From Vicinamibacterales bacterium (GTDB taxonomy: Bacteria; Acidobacteriota; Vicinamibacteria; Vicinamibacterales; JAMQPK01): a stretch of 64,000 nucleotides of DNA. Below, piece after piece: positions 29,351 through 38,322 of the stretch. The stretch is taken from NCBI GenBank assembly GCA_023717525.1, contig JAMQPK010000021.1:612-64611 (forward strand). The letters run 5' to 3'. The number at the start of each line of letters is the position of its first letter. Position 1 is the stretch's first letter. Position numbers and translations under genes: made by a program. A model generated the notes under the pieces. The model searched no databases and had not been told where the DNA came from. It saw only the letters and a list, made by a program, of their open reading frames with translations.

Positions 29351-30394
29351 CTATCTATCCTGATCGGAGTCGCCGAGGGTGACATGCCAGTCGTCGGTGT
29401 TCTTGTAGAACTTCGCAGGTACGCCGACCGCGTTGATCTTGACGGCCAGCGCCAGCGGGTGCCGCATCTGGAAATAGCCCGAGTGCCGCATGATCCGCCG
29501 GAATCCAAGGTGCGCTGCGTAGCAGCGGATCTTGTCGGATCCCGCCTGCCGTGCTTCCGCATCAACCCAACGGAGCAGCGTCTTGAAGCCGATGTCGTCG
29601 TGCGTATCGGCGAGGAAGTCCACGAGCAGCGTCACACGGCCCCTTGGCTCCTGCGCGTGGCGATATACCGCGTACCCTTCCGAACGGCCGTCCCGTTTCA
29701 GCGCCGCGACGGAGTATCGCACGTGCGGTGGCTCGATGTATTTCCAATTCAGGTATGCAGCGTCACGCCGTACGGCCAGTTCGAACCGATCGGCGACGCG
29801 CTCCCACAGATCATTGAACGTGGCATCGAAGCGGCGAATCGGTTCGACGTCGGCGCGGAGCGGACGAACGCGCGCCGCCACCCGGACGATCGGCAACGTC
29901 AGAGCGGAGATCAGGCGATTCACCGGCATCGGCAATTGCGGCACACGAACCGCCCGGCGAGTCAGTGGTTTCACCAGGCCTGGAACCGCCGCGACATCGG
30001 GGAAGTGCATCTTCTTCAGCAACGGCGACGAGGAATCGGAGAGACCTATCCCAAGCGCCGCACCGACGCTGCGATCCCAGGTACGGAACAACTCTTCGCC
30101 AAGGCCGCGGCGCTGGCGCTCGGGGGCGACCATCGCGTCTGTGCCCCACGCTCCGTCGATTTCCTTTCCGCCGAGCGACAGCCGGACGGGCATCGTCGCG
30201 TAGTGGCCGATGATGGCCGTGCCTTCGCGGACGACCCAGACCAGGGGCTGGCCGCCGGGATTGTTCGGGTTGCGCCGGTACTGCCAGTCCCATCGGAAGC
30301 GGCTGGCCGCGGCGGCGTCGGATCCGAAAACACGGCGATATAGCGCCTCTACACCGCGCTGGTCCTCCGGCCTGTACCGATCAATTTCTGGCAT
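29351..30394 (-). CDS. GNAT-family acyltransferase with extended C-terminal domain
   Basis: 347 aa. RQRRGLGEELF fits the acetyl-CoA-binding R/Q-x-x-G-x-G/A motif. The second half is not assignable. Confidence 0.6.
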   Translation of the reverse strand: MPEIDRYRPEDQRGVEALYRRVFGSDAAAASRFRWDWQYRRNPNNPGGQPLVWVVREGTAIIGHYATMPVRLSLGGKEIDGAWGTDAMVAPERQRRGLGEELFRTWDRSVGAALGIGLSDSSSPLLKKMHFPDVAAVPGLVKPLTRRAVRVPQLPMPVNRLISALTLPIVRVAARVRPLRADVEPIRRFDATFNDLWERVADRFELAVRRDAAYLNWKYIEPPHVRYSVAALKRDGRSEGYAVYRHAQEPRGRVTLLVDFLADTHDDIGFKTLLRWVDAEARQAGSDKIRCYAAHLGFRRIMRHSGYFQMRHPLALAVKINAVGVPAKFYKNTDDWHVTLGDSDQDR

Positions 30395-30413
30395 GAGTCA
30401 GAACGAGAAGCGC

Positions 30414-31133
30414 TTATCGATCGGCCTGCGGCGGACGGCGTATGCCTGTGTCGGGTGTGGTAGGCGTCGGCGGCGCCGGCGGCGCCAGACCCGGAAGCGC
30501 GGCACCGCCCGATACGTTCCAGGGATTCGATGGTGCGGCCGCAGGGGGCATCGGCTGTGCAACCGGATCCGTGGGCAAGCGCATGCCCGGAGCCGTCATC
30601 CCCGGTGGGGGGGCGGGAACCGCGACAAGCCCGGCGGCAGCCGCAGCCGCAATCGCCGGATCATCCTGCCCGTCGTCGCCAGGTTCCGGCAGGAGGCCAG
30701 GCGTGAGGGGCATGGGCGAACGAAGCTGTGTGACATTCGGCGACTGGAACGTCTGGCCGCCCGGTGCAGGCCGAACATTCGACACGGCACTCGCCGTTGT
30801 CATGATCAGGATCCGGTCGTAAACGGACGCGTTCGCGAGGTAGGTCGAACGCGGCGCAGCCATGTATCCGGGGATTGTGCGAAGAATCACGTCGAGGGCT
30901 TCGTTCTCTGGAACGTTATCGAGCCTCAGCGTGATAGGACCAGACGTGACGCCTTCGAGATTTACGATGCGCGTCTTTCCGAGTCTGGCCCACTCCGTCA
31001 GAATCTGACGGATGGTGACGTCCTGCGCGTCGATCGACACGTGACCGTCGCCAATGGTCAGTTTGAGGCCGGCCGCCCGCACGGGGGACGCCGACAACGC
31101 AACGACCAGCAGGCCGAAAGCCACTCTTTTCAT
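30414..31133 (-). CDS. Secreted protein with secretin-N/STN-like domain and Pro-rich tail
   Basis: The ATG at 31133 gives MKRVAFGLLVVALSASPVRA (signal peptide). IDAQDVTIRQILTEWARLGKTRIVNLEGVTSGPITLRLDNVPENEALDVILRT resembles secretin N-terminal repeats. The C-terminus is Pro/Ala-rich. Confidence 0.5.
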   Translation of the reverse strand: MKRVAFGLLVVALSASPVRAAGLKLTIGDGHVSIDAQDVTIRQILTEWARLGKTRIVNLEGVTSGPITLRLDNVPENEALDVILRTIPGYMAAPRSTYLANASVYDRILIMTTASAVSNVRPAPGGQTFQSPNVTQLRSPMPLTPGLLPEPGDDGQDDPAIAAAAAAGLVAVPAPPPGMTAPGMRLPTDPVAQPMPPAAAPSNPWNVSGGAALPGLAPPAPPTPTTPDTGIRRPPQADR

Positions 31134-31159
31134 GAATCTACACGACAACTCAGTATAAA

Positions 31160-32128
31160 TCAGGACTGCTGGGAGCGGAAATAATGGACCACCCTGGAGA
31201 TGATTTCACCTAATTGCACGGTCGGCTGGAATCCGACGAGATTGTGGATTTTGGTGATGTCGGGAACGCGACGCGGCATGTCCTCGAACCCGGTTTCGTA
31301 CGCCTTGTCGTAGGGCACGAATTCGATCGCCGATTCACTGCCGGTTTGCGCCTTGACGAGTTCCGCCAGTTTCAGAATCGTAACCTCTTGCGGGTTGCCG
31401 ATGTTGAAGACCTCGCCCACGGCCTTCTTCTCGTGCATCAGTTTTACGAGGCATTCGACGACATCGCTGACATCGGTAAAGCTGCGCGACTGCGTACCGT
31501 CGCCGAACACTGTGATCGGCTCGCCGGCCAGCGCCTGGCGCACGAAATTTGGCAGGACCATCCCATACTGCCCAGTTTGCTTCGGCCCGACGGTGTTGAA
31601 AAACCGCACGACAACGACGGGGAGGCCCCGTTCTTTCCAGTAGGCAAGCGCCAGAAACTCGTCGATGGCTTTGCTGCACGCATAAGCCCAACGGTGTTTT
31701 ACCGTTGCGCCCATGACGAGGTTCGCGTCCTCGCGAAACGGCACGTCCGTGTTCTTGCCGTACACCTCGGAGGTGGACGCAATGAAGACGAGCTTCTTCT
31801 TCTTGTTGGCGTGCTTCAACACGACCTCAGTGCCGTGCACGTTGGTTTCGATCGTGTGGACGGGCTGTTCGACGATCAGCTTCACACCGACGGCAGCCGC
31901 GAGGTGGAAGATGACGTCGTTGCCGTCGATCAACTCTGCGAGCAGGGGCTCGTTGGTGATCGTGTCAATCACGTACTTGAACTTCGGATGCTGCTTGAGG
32001 TGTGCGACATTGCGGATGGATCCCGTCGAGAGATTGTCGATGATGTCGACGTGATGCCCGGCGTGCAGCAATGCCTCGGCAAGATGCGAACCGATGAAAC
32101 CCGCCCCTCCGGTAATGAGTACTCTCAC
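31160..32128 (-). CDS. NAD-dependent sugar-nucleotide decarboxylase/epimerase (UXS / ArnA C-terminal domain-like SDR)
   Basis: MRVLITGGAGFIGSHL Rossmann motif and the YACSK catalytic Yxxx K motif. Overall it resembles UDP-glucuronate decarboxylases. Confidence 0.85.
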   Translation of the reverse strand: MRVLITGGAGFIGSHLAEALLHAGHHVDIIDNLSTGSIRNVAHLKQHPKFKYVIDTITNEPLLAELIDGNDVIFHLAAAVGVKLIVEQPVHTIETNVHGTEVVLKHANKKKKLVFIASTSEVYGKNTDVPFREDANLVMGATVKHRWAYACSKAIDEFLALAYWKERGLPVVVVRFFNTVGPKQTGQYGMVLPNFVRQALAGEPITVFGDGTQSRSFTDVSDVVECLVKLMHEKKAVGEVFNIGNPQEVTILKLAELVKAQTGSESAIEFVPYDKAYETGFEDMPRRVPDITKIHNLVGFQPTVQLGEIISRVVHYFRSQQS

Positions 32129-33243
32129 GAAACCTGTTCCTTTCCCGAGTGTGGCGCAAACGATTGCACTGCCTCAGCGACGGCGTCCACGTCGGAGAGG
32201 GGCAGCCCGGGATGCAGGGGCAGCGACAGGACTTCGTCAGCCGCACGCTCCGCATTCGGGCAGTCAGCTGGATGGATTGCAGCAAACGCCGGTTGTCGAG
32301 AGATCGCGATGGGGTAGTGCACGAGCGTTTCGATACCCGCCGATCGCAGGTGCGCCTGAAGTGCCGATCGCCTCGCCGTTCTGACGGGAAACAGATGATA
32401 CACGTGACCAGGATCTTTCTCGATGGGTACGACGATTGGCGAACCGGCCAGGCGCTGCCGGTACGCAGCCGCCAAGAGCCGCCGCTGCTCGGTCCGCCCA
32501 CGCAGTCGGGGCAACCGGACGCGCAAAACAGCGGCCTGCAGCTCATCCAGGCGGCTGTTCACGCCGATTTCCTGGTGACGATAGCGATCGGTCTGTCCTC
32601 CGTTGCGAATCCGCTTCATTCGCGCGGCAAGCGATGGGTCGCCTGTGACGATTGCCCCTCCGTCGCCAAGGGCGCCGAGGTTTTTCGTCGGATAGAAACT
32701 GAAAGCCGCGGCCGAGGAGAACGCGCCAACGGGCCGTCCGGCGCACGTGGCCAGATGGGCCTGACAGCAGTCCTCAACGAGAGCCAGGCGATGCTTCGAA
32801 GCGAGAGCAGCGAATGCCGGCATGTCTGCCGGCTGTCCGTAGAGGTGGACCGGCAGAATCGCTCTGGTTCTGCTGGTGATCGCGGCTTCAGCCGCCGCGG
32901 GACTCAATGTGAGCCGTTCCGAATCGATGTCCGCAAACACCGGACGCGCGCCGACCATCGCGATCGCAAGCGCGGTGTAGGTTGCCGACATCGCCGCCGT
33001 GATCACTTCGTCGCCGGGTCCGATATCCAGCGCGCGGAGGGCTATCGCGATCGCGTCGGTACCATTGCCGGTGCCGATCGCGTGCGCGATGCCCGAGAGC
33101 TCCGCGAACTCAGTTTCAAACGCGTCGACTTCTGGCCCGAGGACGAACCAGCCACTGTCCACCACGCGAGTCAGCGCAGCGAGGATCTCGCCGGCCTCTT
33201 CGGCAAGATGCAGATCTAGGAAGGGAATCTGTCGAACACTCAT
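32125..33243 (-). CDS. DegT/DnrJ/EryC1/StrS-family sugar aminotransferase (ArnB-like)
   Basis: The ATG at 33241-33243 overlaps the upstream stop. It reads MSVRQIPFLDLH..., and the FSFYPTKNLGALGDGG region carries the PLP lysine. Confidence 0.9.
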   Translation of the reverse strand: MSVRQIPFLDLHLAEEAGEILAALTRVVDSGWFVLGPEVDAFETEFAELSGIAHAIGTGNGTDAIAIALRALDIGPGDEVITAAMSATYTALAIAMVGARPVFADIDSERLTLSPAAAEAAITSRTRAILPVHLYGQPADMPAFAALASKHRLALVEDCCQAHLATCAGRPVGAFSSAAAFSFYPTKNLGALGDGGAIVTGDPSLAARMKRIRNGGQTDRYRHQEIGVNSRLDELQAAVLRVRLPRLRGRTEQRRLLAAAYRQRLAGSPIVVPIEKDPGHVYHLFPVRTARRSALQAHLRSAGIETLVHYPIAISRQPAFAAIHPADCPNAERAADEVLSLPLHPGLPLSDVDAVAEAVQSFAPHSGKEQVS

Positions 33244-34271
33244 GCCACGGTGGAGGGAGCCGGCGCCGGCTCGTCCAGATAGGCGCTGAGATGGGCGCGA
33301 TAGTACTCGATGGTCTTCGTGAGGCCCGCCCGCAGCGGCACGCGTGGCTCCCAACCGACAGCCTGGCGGAAGCGCGAAGAGTCGGCATAGAAACTGCCAA
33401 TGTCGATGACTTTCTTTTCGGGCGGCCATAGGACATATCGTGCGCGTCCCGCACCGGCGACGTCGATCAGCACCTTCACAAGGTCGCTGTGAGAGATCGG
33501 CTCGGTGCCGCCAACGTTGAAGACCTTGCCGTTCACCGCATCCGAAGCGCCGGCCCGAAGAAACGCGTCGGCCGCGTCGTCGACGTAGACGAAATCGCGC
33601 ACCTGGGATCCATCGCCGAAGATCTGAATTTCTTCGTTTTCGAGCGCCAGTCTGATGAACCAGCCAATGAACCCCTGCCGATTGTGCCGAATCAGCTGCC
33701 GGGGTCCGTACACGTTCGTAAGTCGCAGAGAGCAGGCGCGAACGTTGAAGACGTTGTTGTAGAGCAGGTGATAATTCTCTCCGGCGGCCTTGTTGATCCC
33801 GTTCACGTCTGTGGGCCGGACGAGGTGATCTTCCGTGACCGGAAGCGAATCGGGTTTGCCGTACACCTGCCTGGTCCCCGCAAAGACGACCTTCACGTCA
33901 GGGTTGTTCTTCCGGCAGGCCTCCAGGATCGAAAGTTGACTGCGGCAGTTGATTTCGAGATCCGTGTAGGGGTCCCGCATGCTGTCGATGTGGCTCACTT
34001 GCCCCGCGAGATTGAAGATCACTTCGCGATCGCGCACCAGGTGGTTCATCGTGCTTTCCTGGCGCACGTCGGCGATGTTGACCCGTAGGCGGTCGGCAAT
34101 GCCGTCGATATTGAAAAAATTGGCACCCGAATCCGGAATCAGGGAGTCCATCAGGAGTACGTCGGCGCCAAGATCGGCCAGACTGCGGGCGAGGTTGCTG
34201 CCGATGAATCCGAGGCCGCCGGTGATCATCACGCGCCGGCCGCGGTAGAAATCGAGATAAGCGCGCGTCAC
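33240..34271 (-). CDS. NAD-dependent epimerase/dehydratase (extended SDR)
   Basis: The GTG at 34269-34271 overlaps the upstream TGA. VMITGGLGFIGSNL Rossmann motif; later INKAAGE in the YxxxK region. Confidence 0.85.
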   Translation of the reverse strand: MTRAYLDFYRGRRVMITGGLGFIGSNLARSLADLGADVLLMDSLIPDSGANFFNIDGIADRLRVNIADVRQESTMNHLVRDREVIFNLAGQVSHIDSMRDPYTDLEINCRSQLSILEACRKNNPDVKVVFAGTRQVYGKPDSLPVTEDHLVRPTDVNGINKAAGENYHLLYNNVFNVRACSLRLTNVYGPRQLIRHNRQGFIGWFIRLALENEEIQIFGDGSQVRDFVYVDDAADAFLRAGASDAVNGKVFNVGGTEPISHSDLVKVLIDVAGAGRARYVLWPPEKKVIDIGSFYADSSRFRQAVGWEPRVPLRAGLTKTIEYYRAHLSAYLDEPAPAPSTVA

Positions 34272-35044
34272 AGCGCGCGCGTCCTCTGCTGTACCGCGTC
34301 GGTTCCCTTCACCGGAGTCCGATCCCGCCGGACAACCAGAACAAACCACAGCTTGATGACATCGATGCCCGTTCGATAGATGCGCGGGAAATTGAAAAAC
34401 TGCGACCGCCCGTATGCGCGGTGGTAGTGATGGACCGGCACTTCAACGATGGTGAAGCCGGCGTCCTGGATCTTCTTCATCATCTCGAGGCAGATGACCC
34501 CGCTGTTCTTCTCGAGGCGGACACGATCAAAGATCGCGCGCCGCATCATCCGGAAGTCACAGTCCACGTCCCGGACCCTCAGCCGGAACAGTGTCTTCAC
34601 GATGTGGTGATAGACCCTGCCGATGAAAATCCGGTGCCACGGATCAGACCGGCTGATCTTGTAGCCGTTCACCAGGTCCACGCCTGGCCCCATCTGCTGC
34701 CAGAGCAGCTCCATTTCCGACGGGTCGTACTGCGCGTCACCGTCGGTATAGAACACGACGTCCTTGGACGCAGCCGCAAATCCGCTCCGGAGCGCGCCAC
34801 CATAACCTCGGTTCACGGAGTGCGTGACGATCCGTAATGAAGGGTACACCTCCGCGAGCGCATTCAGGATCTGAGCGGTGCCGTCGGTGCTTCCGTCGTT
34901 GACGACGATCACTTCGTGGTTCGGCGTGAGCACGGCCGCGGTTTGAAGTGCCCGGATGACGAGGCTCGCGATCGTCCCGCTGTCGTTGTAGGCCGGGAAA
35001 AAAACGCTGAGGCTGGATGGTACAGCCGGACTGGACCCTGCCAT
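34268..35044 (-). CDS. GT2 glycosyltransferase (polyprenyl-phosphate sugar synthase-like)
   Basis: Start at MAGSSPAVPSSLSVFFPAYNDSG. Also VVNDGSTDGT and TDGDAQYDP (DxD). Confidence 0.85.
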   Translation of the reverse strand: MAGSSPAVPSSLSVFFPAYNDSGTIASLVIRALQTAAVLTPNHEVIVVNDGSTDGTAQILNALAEVYPSLRIVTHSVNRGYGGALRSGFAAASKDVVFYTDGDAQYDPSEMELLWQQMGPGVDLVNGYKISRSDPWHRIFIGRVYHHIVKTLFRLRVRDVDCDFRMMRRAIFDRVRLEKNSGVICLEMMKKIQDAGFTIVEVPVHHYHRAYGRSQFFNFPRIYRTGIDVIKLWFVLVVRRDRTPVKGTDAVQQRTRAL

Positions 35045-35093
35045 GGTGAAGTGGGCTGACGTTAACACGGGGCTCGCGTCAAGAGCAACCAAG

Positions 35094-35792
35094 TTAAGGC
35101 TTTAGGCGCAACCGCCACGGCACAATCAGAGACTCGAGCAGCACGCGCGACGAGACCTTGGATGCGCCTTCCTGGCGTTCCACAAAAATGATCGGCACTT
35201 CGCGGATCCGAAAGTGTGCCTGATGCGCCAGATGCAAGGTCTCGACGAGGAACGCGTAGCCTTCTGAAATGACCTTGTCGAGAGGCATTTGCGCCAGCGA
35301 CGCGCGACGCCAACATCTGTAGCCCGTCGTGCAGTCGTTGACGCGGAGCCCTGTAATGGCGCGAATGTATCTGTTGGCCACGGTACTGAGGACGATCCGG
35401 TACAGCGGCCAGTTGACGACGCTGACTCCGTCAAGATAGCGGGAGCCAAGGACGAGGTCGGCGTCGGCCGTTGCAGCCGCCATGGCGGCCAGATATTTCG
35501 GGTCGTGGGAGAAATCGGCGTCCATCTGAAACACGATGTCGTCGGCGCCGCCGGCCGCCTTCCTGAGGCCCTCCACCAGCGATCGGCCGAGTCCCCGCGG
35601 GCCTGTCCGGTGAATCACGTCGATCCGGCCTGGATACTTGACCGAAAGCTCGTCAGCAATGGCACCGGTGCCATCTGGGGAGTTGTCGTCCACGACGATC
35701 ACGCGATAACCGGAATTCTGCAGAATCTGCTCGACCAGCTTCGCAAGATTCTCACGTTCGTTGTACGTGGCGATGACCACGCTCGCGTTCAT
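35094..35792 (-). CDS. GT2 polyprenol-monophosphate mannose/glucose synthase (Dpm1-like)
   Basis: MNASVVIATYNERENL, VVDDNSPDGT and MDADFSHDP (DxD). This is the soluble Dpm1-type architecture. Confidence 0.85.
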   Translation of the reverse strand: MNASVVIATYNERENLAKLVEQILQNSGYRVIVVDDNSPDGTGAIADELSVKYPGRIDVIHRTGPRGLGRSLVEGLRKAAGGADDIVFQMDADFSHDPKYLAAMAAATADADLVLGSRYLDGVSVVNWPLYRIVLSTVANRYIRAITGLRVNDCTTGYRCWRRASLAQMPLDKVISEGYAFLVETLHLAHQAHFRIREVPIIFVERQEGASKVSSRVLLESLIVPWRLRLKP

Positions 35793-36649
35793 CGAGGCCC
35801 TTCAGCACGCAATGTCGAGATCTGTTCCGATACCAGGCCGACGAGAAAAATAATGACCGCGAGGACAATCAGGAGGACGGACGAGTTGGTGATGTGGTGT
35901 TGTGTGATGGCGGTCCAGATTGCGTAGGCCGTACCAATGCTGAACGACAGCGCGCTGACCGGAAGGAAGATCCTGAGCGGACTGAAGACCGTGATGACCT
36001 TCAACAGGATCAGGAAAAAATTCGTGCCGTCGGACACGAGCCTGATCTTTGATCGGCCAACTCTGGTGCGGGTCGCGATCGGCTCGAACCTCACGCTGTA
36101 TCCGGCCTTGATGAACGACAGCGTGGTCGTGGTCGGCGTCGAGAACCCGTTAGGGAGCAGGTGCAGGAACTCTCGAAATCCAGTTGCGCGCGCAGCGCGC
36201 ATGCCCGACGTCAGGTCGGGAATGTCCCGGCCCGTCAGATAGCTGGCGAGCCAGTTCAGCGCGTTATTGCCAAGGTGCCGTGCGGTCGATGCCTGCCCTG
36301 AAGACGCGCGAGTACCCACGACCAAATCATAGCTGCCGAGGTGCTGCACGAGCCGGACGGCATCTTCCGCAGCATGCTGGCCGTCTCCATCCATGATCAG
36401 GATGAAATCGCCCGACGCTTCGCGAATGCCGCTTTTGACCGACGCACCGTTCCCGATGTTGTAAGGATGTGTGATGACCTTGGCGCCCGCCGCCCTGGCG
36501 GCATCCCCGGTGCCATCGGTCGAGCCATCGTCGATGACGATAATCTCGCGCCACGTGGCCGCCTCGCGAAGGGACCCAATCACGCGGCCGATCGCGCCCT
36601 CTTCGCCGAATGCGGGAATGATGACGGAGACGGCAGACGGCTCGGCCAT
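35789..36649 (-). CDS. GT2 bactoprenol-phosphate glycosyltransferase with two C-terminal TM helices (GtrB/ArnC-like)
   Basis: The ATG at 36647-36649 gives MAEPSAVSVIIPAFGEE. Also VIDDGSTDGT and MDGDGQH. The C-terminal TM pair (FFLILLKVITVF..., VLLIVLAVIIFLVGLV) is as in GtrB/ArnC. Confidence 0.85.
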   Translation of the reverse strand: MAEPSAVSVIIPAFGEEGAIGRVIGSLREAATWREIIVIDDGSTDGTGDAARAAGAKVITHPYNIGNGASVKSGIREASGDFILIMDGDGQHAAEDAVRLVQHLGSYDLVVGTRASSGQASTARHLGNNALNWLASYLTGRDIPDLTSGMRAARATGFREFLHLLPNGFSTPTTTTLSFIKAGYSVRFEPIATRTRVGRSKIRLVSDGTNFFLILLKVITVFSPLRIFLPVSALSFSIGTAYAIWTAITQHHITNSSVLLIVLAVIIFLVGLVSEQISTLRAEGPR

Positions 36650-36653
36650 GCGT

Positions 36654-37745
36654 TTAGGTCGCGTGTCGGAAATTGATGACGTCGCCGTCCTGGACGACGT
36701 ATTCCTTGCCCTCGAGCCGGATTTCCGCGTTCTCCCTGCACGCTGCAAGCGATCCGCGTTGGAGAAGCGGCTCGCAGGAAACGACTTCTGCCCGGATGAA
36801 ACCGCGCTGAATATCGCTGTGGATCTCACCGGCCGCCAGTTGTGCGTTGGTGCCGCGCGGAATCGACCAGGCGCGGTTCTCGTCTTCGCCTACCGTGAAG
36901 AAGGAAATATAGCCCAGCAGATCGTAGCTCGCGCGGATGACGCGATCGAGGCCCGACTCCGCGAGGCCGAGATCGGCGAGGAATGATTTCGCATCAGCGG
37001 GATCGAGCTGGGCGATTTCAAGCTCGATCTTCGCGCAGACGGCGACCAGCCGCGTTGCGGTGTGCCCGCCAATACCCGCCAGGGCCATCCGTTCGATGGC
37101 CGCGGCGGATCCTCCCGGCCCGGTAAGGTCGGCCTCATCGAGGTTAATCACGATCAACAGCGGTTTCGCCGACAGGAATTGGAAACCCCGCAAGCGCTTG
37201 ATGTCGTCGTTCGACAGACTCAACGTCCGAAGGGGCTTGCCCTCTTCGAGCGCTGCACGGCAGGCGGTCAGCACGTCACGCTCGCGTTCGAGCTCGGCGT
37301 TCTTGCCTTTCTTCAAATCTTTTGCGAGGCGCTCGAGCCGTTTCTCCGCGATGCCCAGGTCGGCGAGCATCAGTTCGTCTTCGACCGCTTGAATGTCCCG
37401 CGCAGGGTCGATCGTTTCGCGAGGTGCGGGCACGGACGGATCGCGAAAGGCGCGGACGACGTGCAGCAGTGCGTCGGCGTTTCTATATGCCGTGACATCG
37501 ACGAGCGACTGTGTGCTGCCGGTGGCGCCGACGATGTCCGTGAATTCGACGGTCGCCGGGATGTGCTTCTTGGGATTGAAGAGCGCCGTAAGGCGATCGA
37601 GCCGGACGTCGGGCACCCTGGCAATGCCGACCTGAACCTCGGTCTTTCCAAAACCTCCGCCGGCAGTTTCCTTCACGCTGGTCATCAGCTGAAAGAGTGT
37701 GGTCTTCCCGGCCGACGGTAACCCAACCAGTGCAGCTCTGAGCAT
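36654..37745 (-). CDS. ychF: Redox-regulated ATPase YchF (Obg-family GTPase)
   Basis: GLPSAGKTTLF P-loop, a TGS-like C-terminus, and IHSDIQRGFIRAEV, which is highly conserved in YchF. Confidence 0.92.
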   Translation of the reverse strand: MLRAALVGLPSAGKTTLFQLMTSVKETAGGGFGKTEVQVGIARVPDVRLDRLTALFNPKKHIPATVEFTDIVGATGSTQSLVDVTAYRNADALLHVVRAFRDPSVPAPRETIDPARDIQAVEDELMLADLGIAEKRLERLAKDLKKGKNAELERERDVLTACRAALEEGKPLRTLSLSNDDIKRLRGFQFLSAKPLLIVINLDEADLTGPGGSAAAIERMALAGIGGHTATRLVAVCAKIELEIAQLDPADAKSFLADLGLAESGLDRVIRASYDLLGYISFFTVGEDENRAWSIPRGTNAQLAAGEIHSDIQRGFIRAEVVSCEPLLQRGSLAACRENAEIRLEGKEYVVQDGDVINFRHAT

Positions 37746-37813
37746 CGGTGTGAATCTATCATGCGAGGGGGCGAAAATTTAGCGTAACCTCTTACCACAC
37801 TACATTTTAACCG

Positions 37814-37842
37814 TTGACTTCGATATACCCGTCCTCTACTAT
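37814..37842 (+). promoter_or_regulatory. Sigma-70-type promoter upstream of mraZ: TTGACT-N17-TACTAT
   Basis: Read directly: -35 TTGACT (37814-37819), a 17-nt spacer, and -10 TACTAT (37837-37842), about 40 bp upstream of the mraZ GTG. Confidence 0.55.
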
Positions 37843-37846
37843 CGCC

Positions 37847-37871
37847 ATGGACTTTTTTGGAAAGAAATGGA
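37847..37871 (+). promoter_or_regulatory. Three direct (A/T)TGGA repeats at exact 10-bp phasing; candidate MraZ operator
   Basis: ATGGA (37847), TTGGA (37857) and ATGGA (37867) lie between the -10 box and the mraZ start. MraZ proteins are known to bind phased short direct repeats in their own promoter. Confidence 0.45.
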
Positions 37872-37881
37872 GTAGCCGAGC

Positions 37882-38322
37882 GTGCTTCGGGGCAACTCGC
37901 CGGCGAAAATTGACGATCGGGGGAGACTCAAGATCCCCAACGGGTTCCGCTCGTTCATCGAAGATGAACACGGGCGCGCCATCTACGTCACAAGTGTGCT
38001 CGGCGATTCGGTCCGCATCTACCCAATGCCGGTCTGGGCAGCCATCGAGCAGAAGCTCTCCACCATTCCCTCGACACACCCATCCCGCTTGAAATTCCTG
38101 GACCGGGTCAATTTCTACGGCCAGGTCACGGAAATCGACAGCCAGGGCCGCGTCGTGATTCCTTCACGCCTTCGGGAGTCCGCCACGATGGTGGGTGAGG
38201 TCGACGTGTTCGGCCAGATGAACTACCTCGAGGTCTGGAACCACGAACGCTTCGTCGCCAAGCTGCAGCGCGATCCGTTTACCGATGACGATGCACGGGC
38301 GCTTTCGGATCTGGGTTTATGA
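37882..38322 (+). CDS. mraZ: Transcriptional regulator MraZ
   Basis: MLRGNSPAKIDDRGRLKIPNGFR and a second DSQGRVVIPSRLR repeat give two SpoVT-AbrB-like halves. First gene of the dcw cluster. Confidence 0.92.
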   Translation: MLRGNSPAKIDDRGRLKIPNGFRSFIEDEHGRAIYVTSVLGDSVRIYPMPVWAAIEQKLSTIPSTHPSRLKFLDRVNFYGQVTEIDSQGRVVIPSRLRESATMVGEVDVFGQMNYLEVWNHERFVAKLQRDPFTDDDARALSDLGL

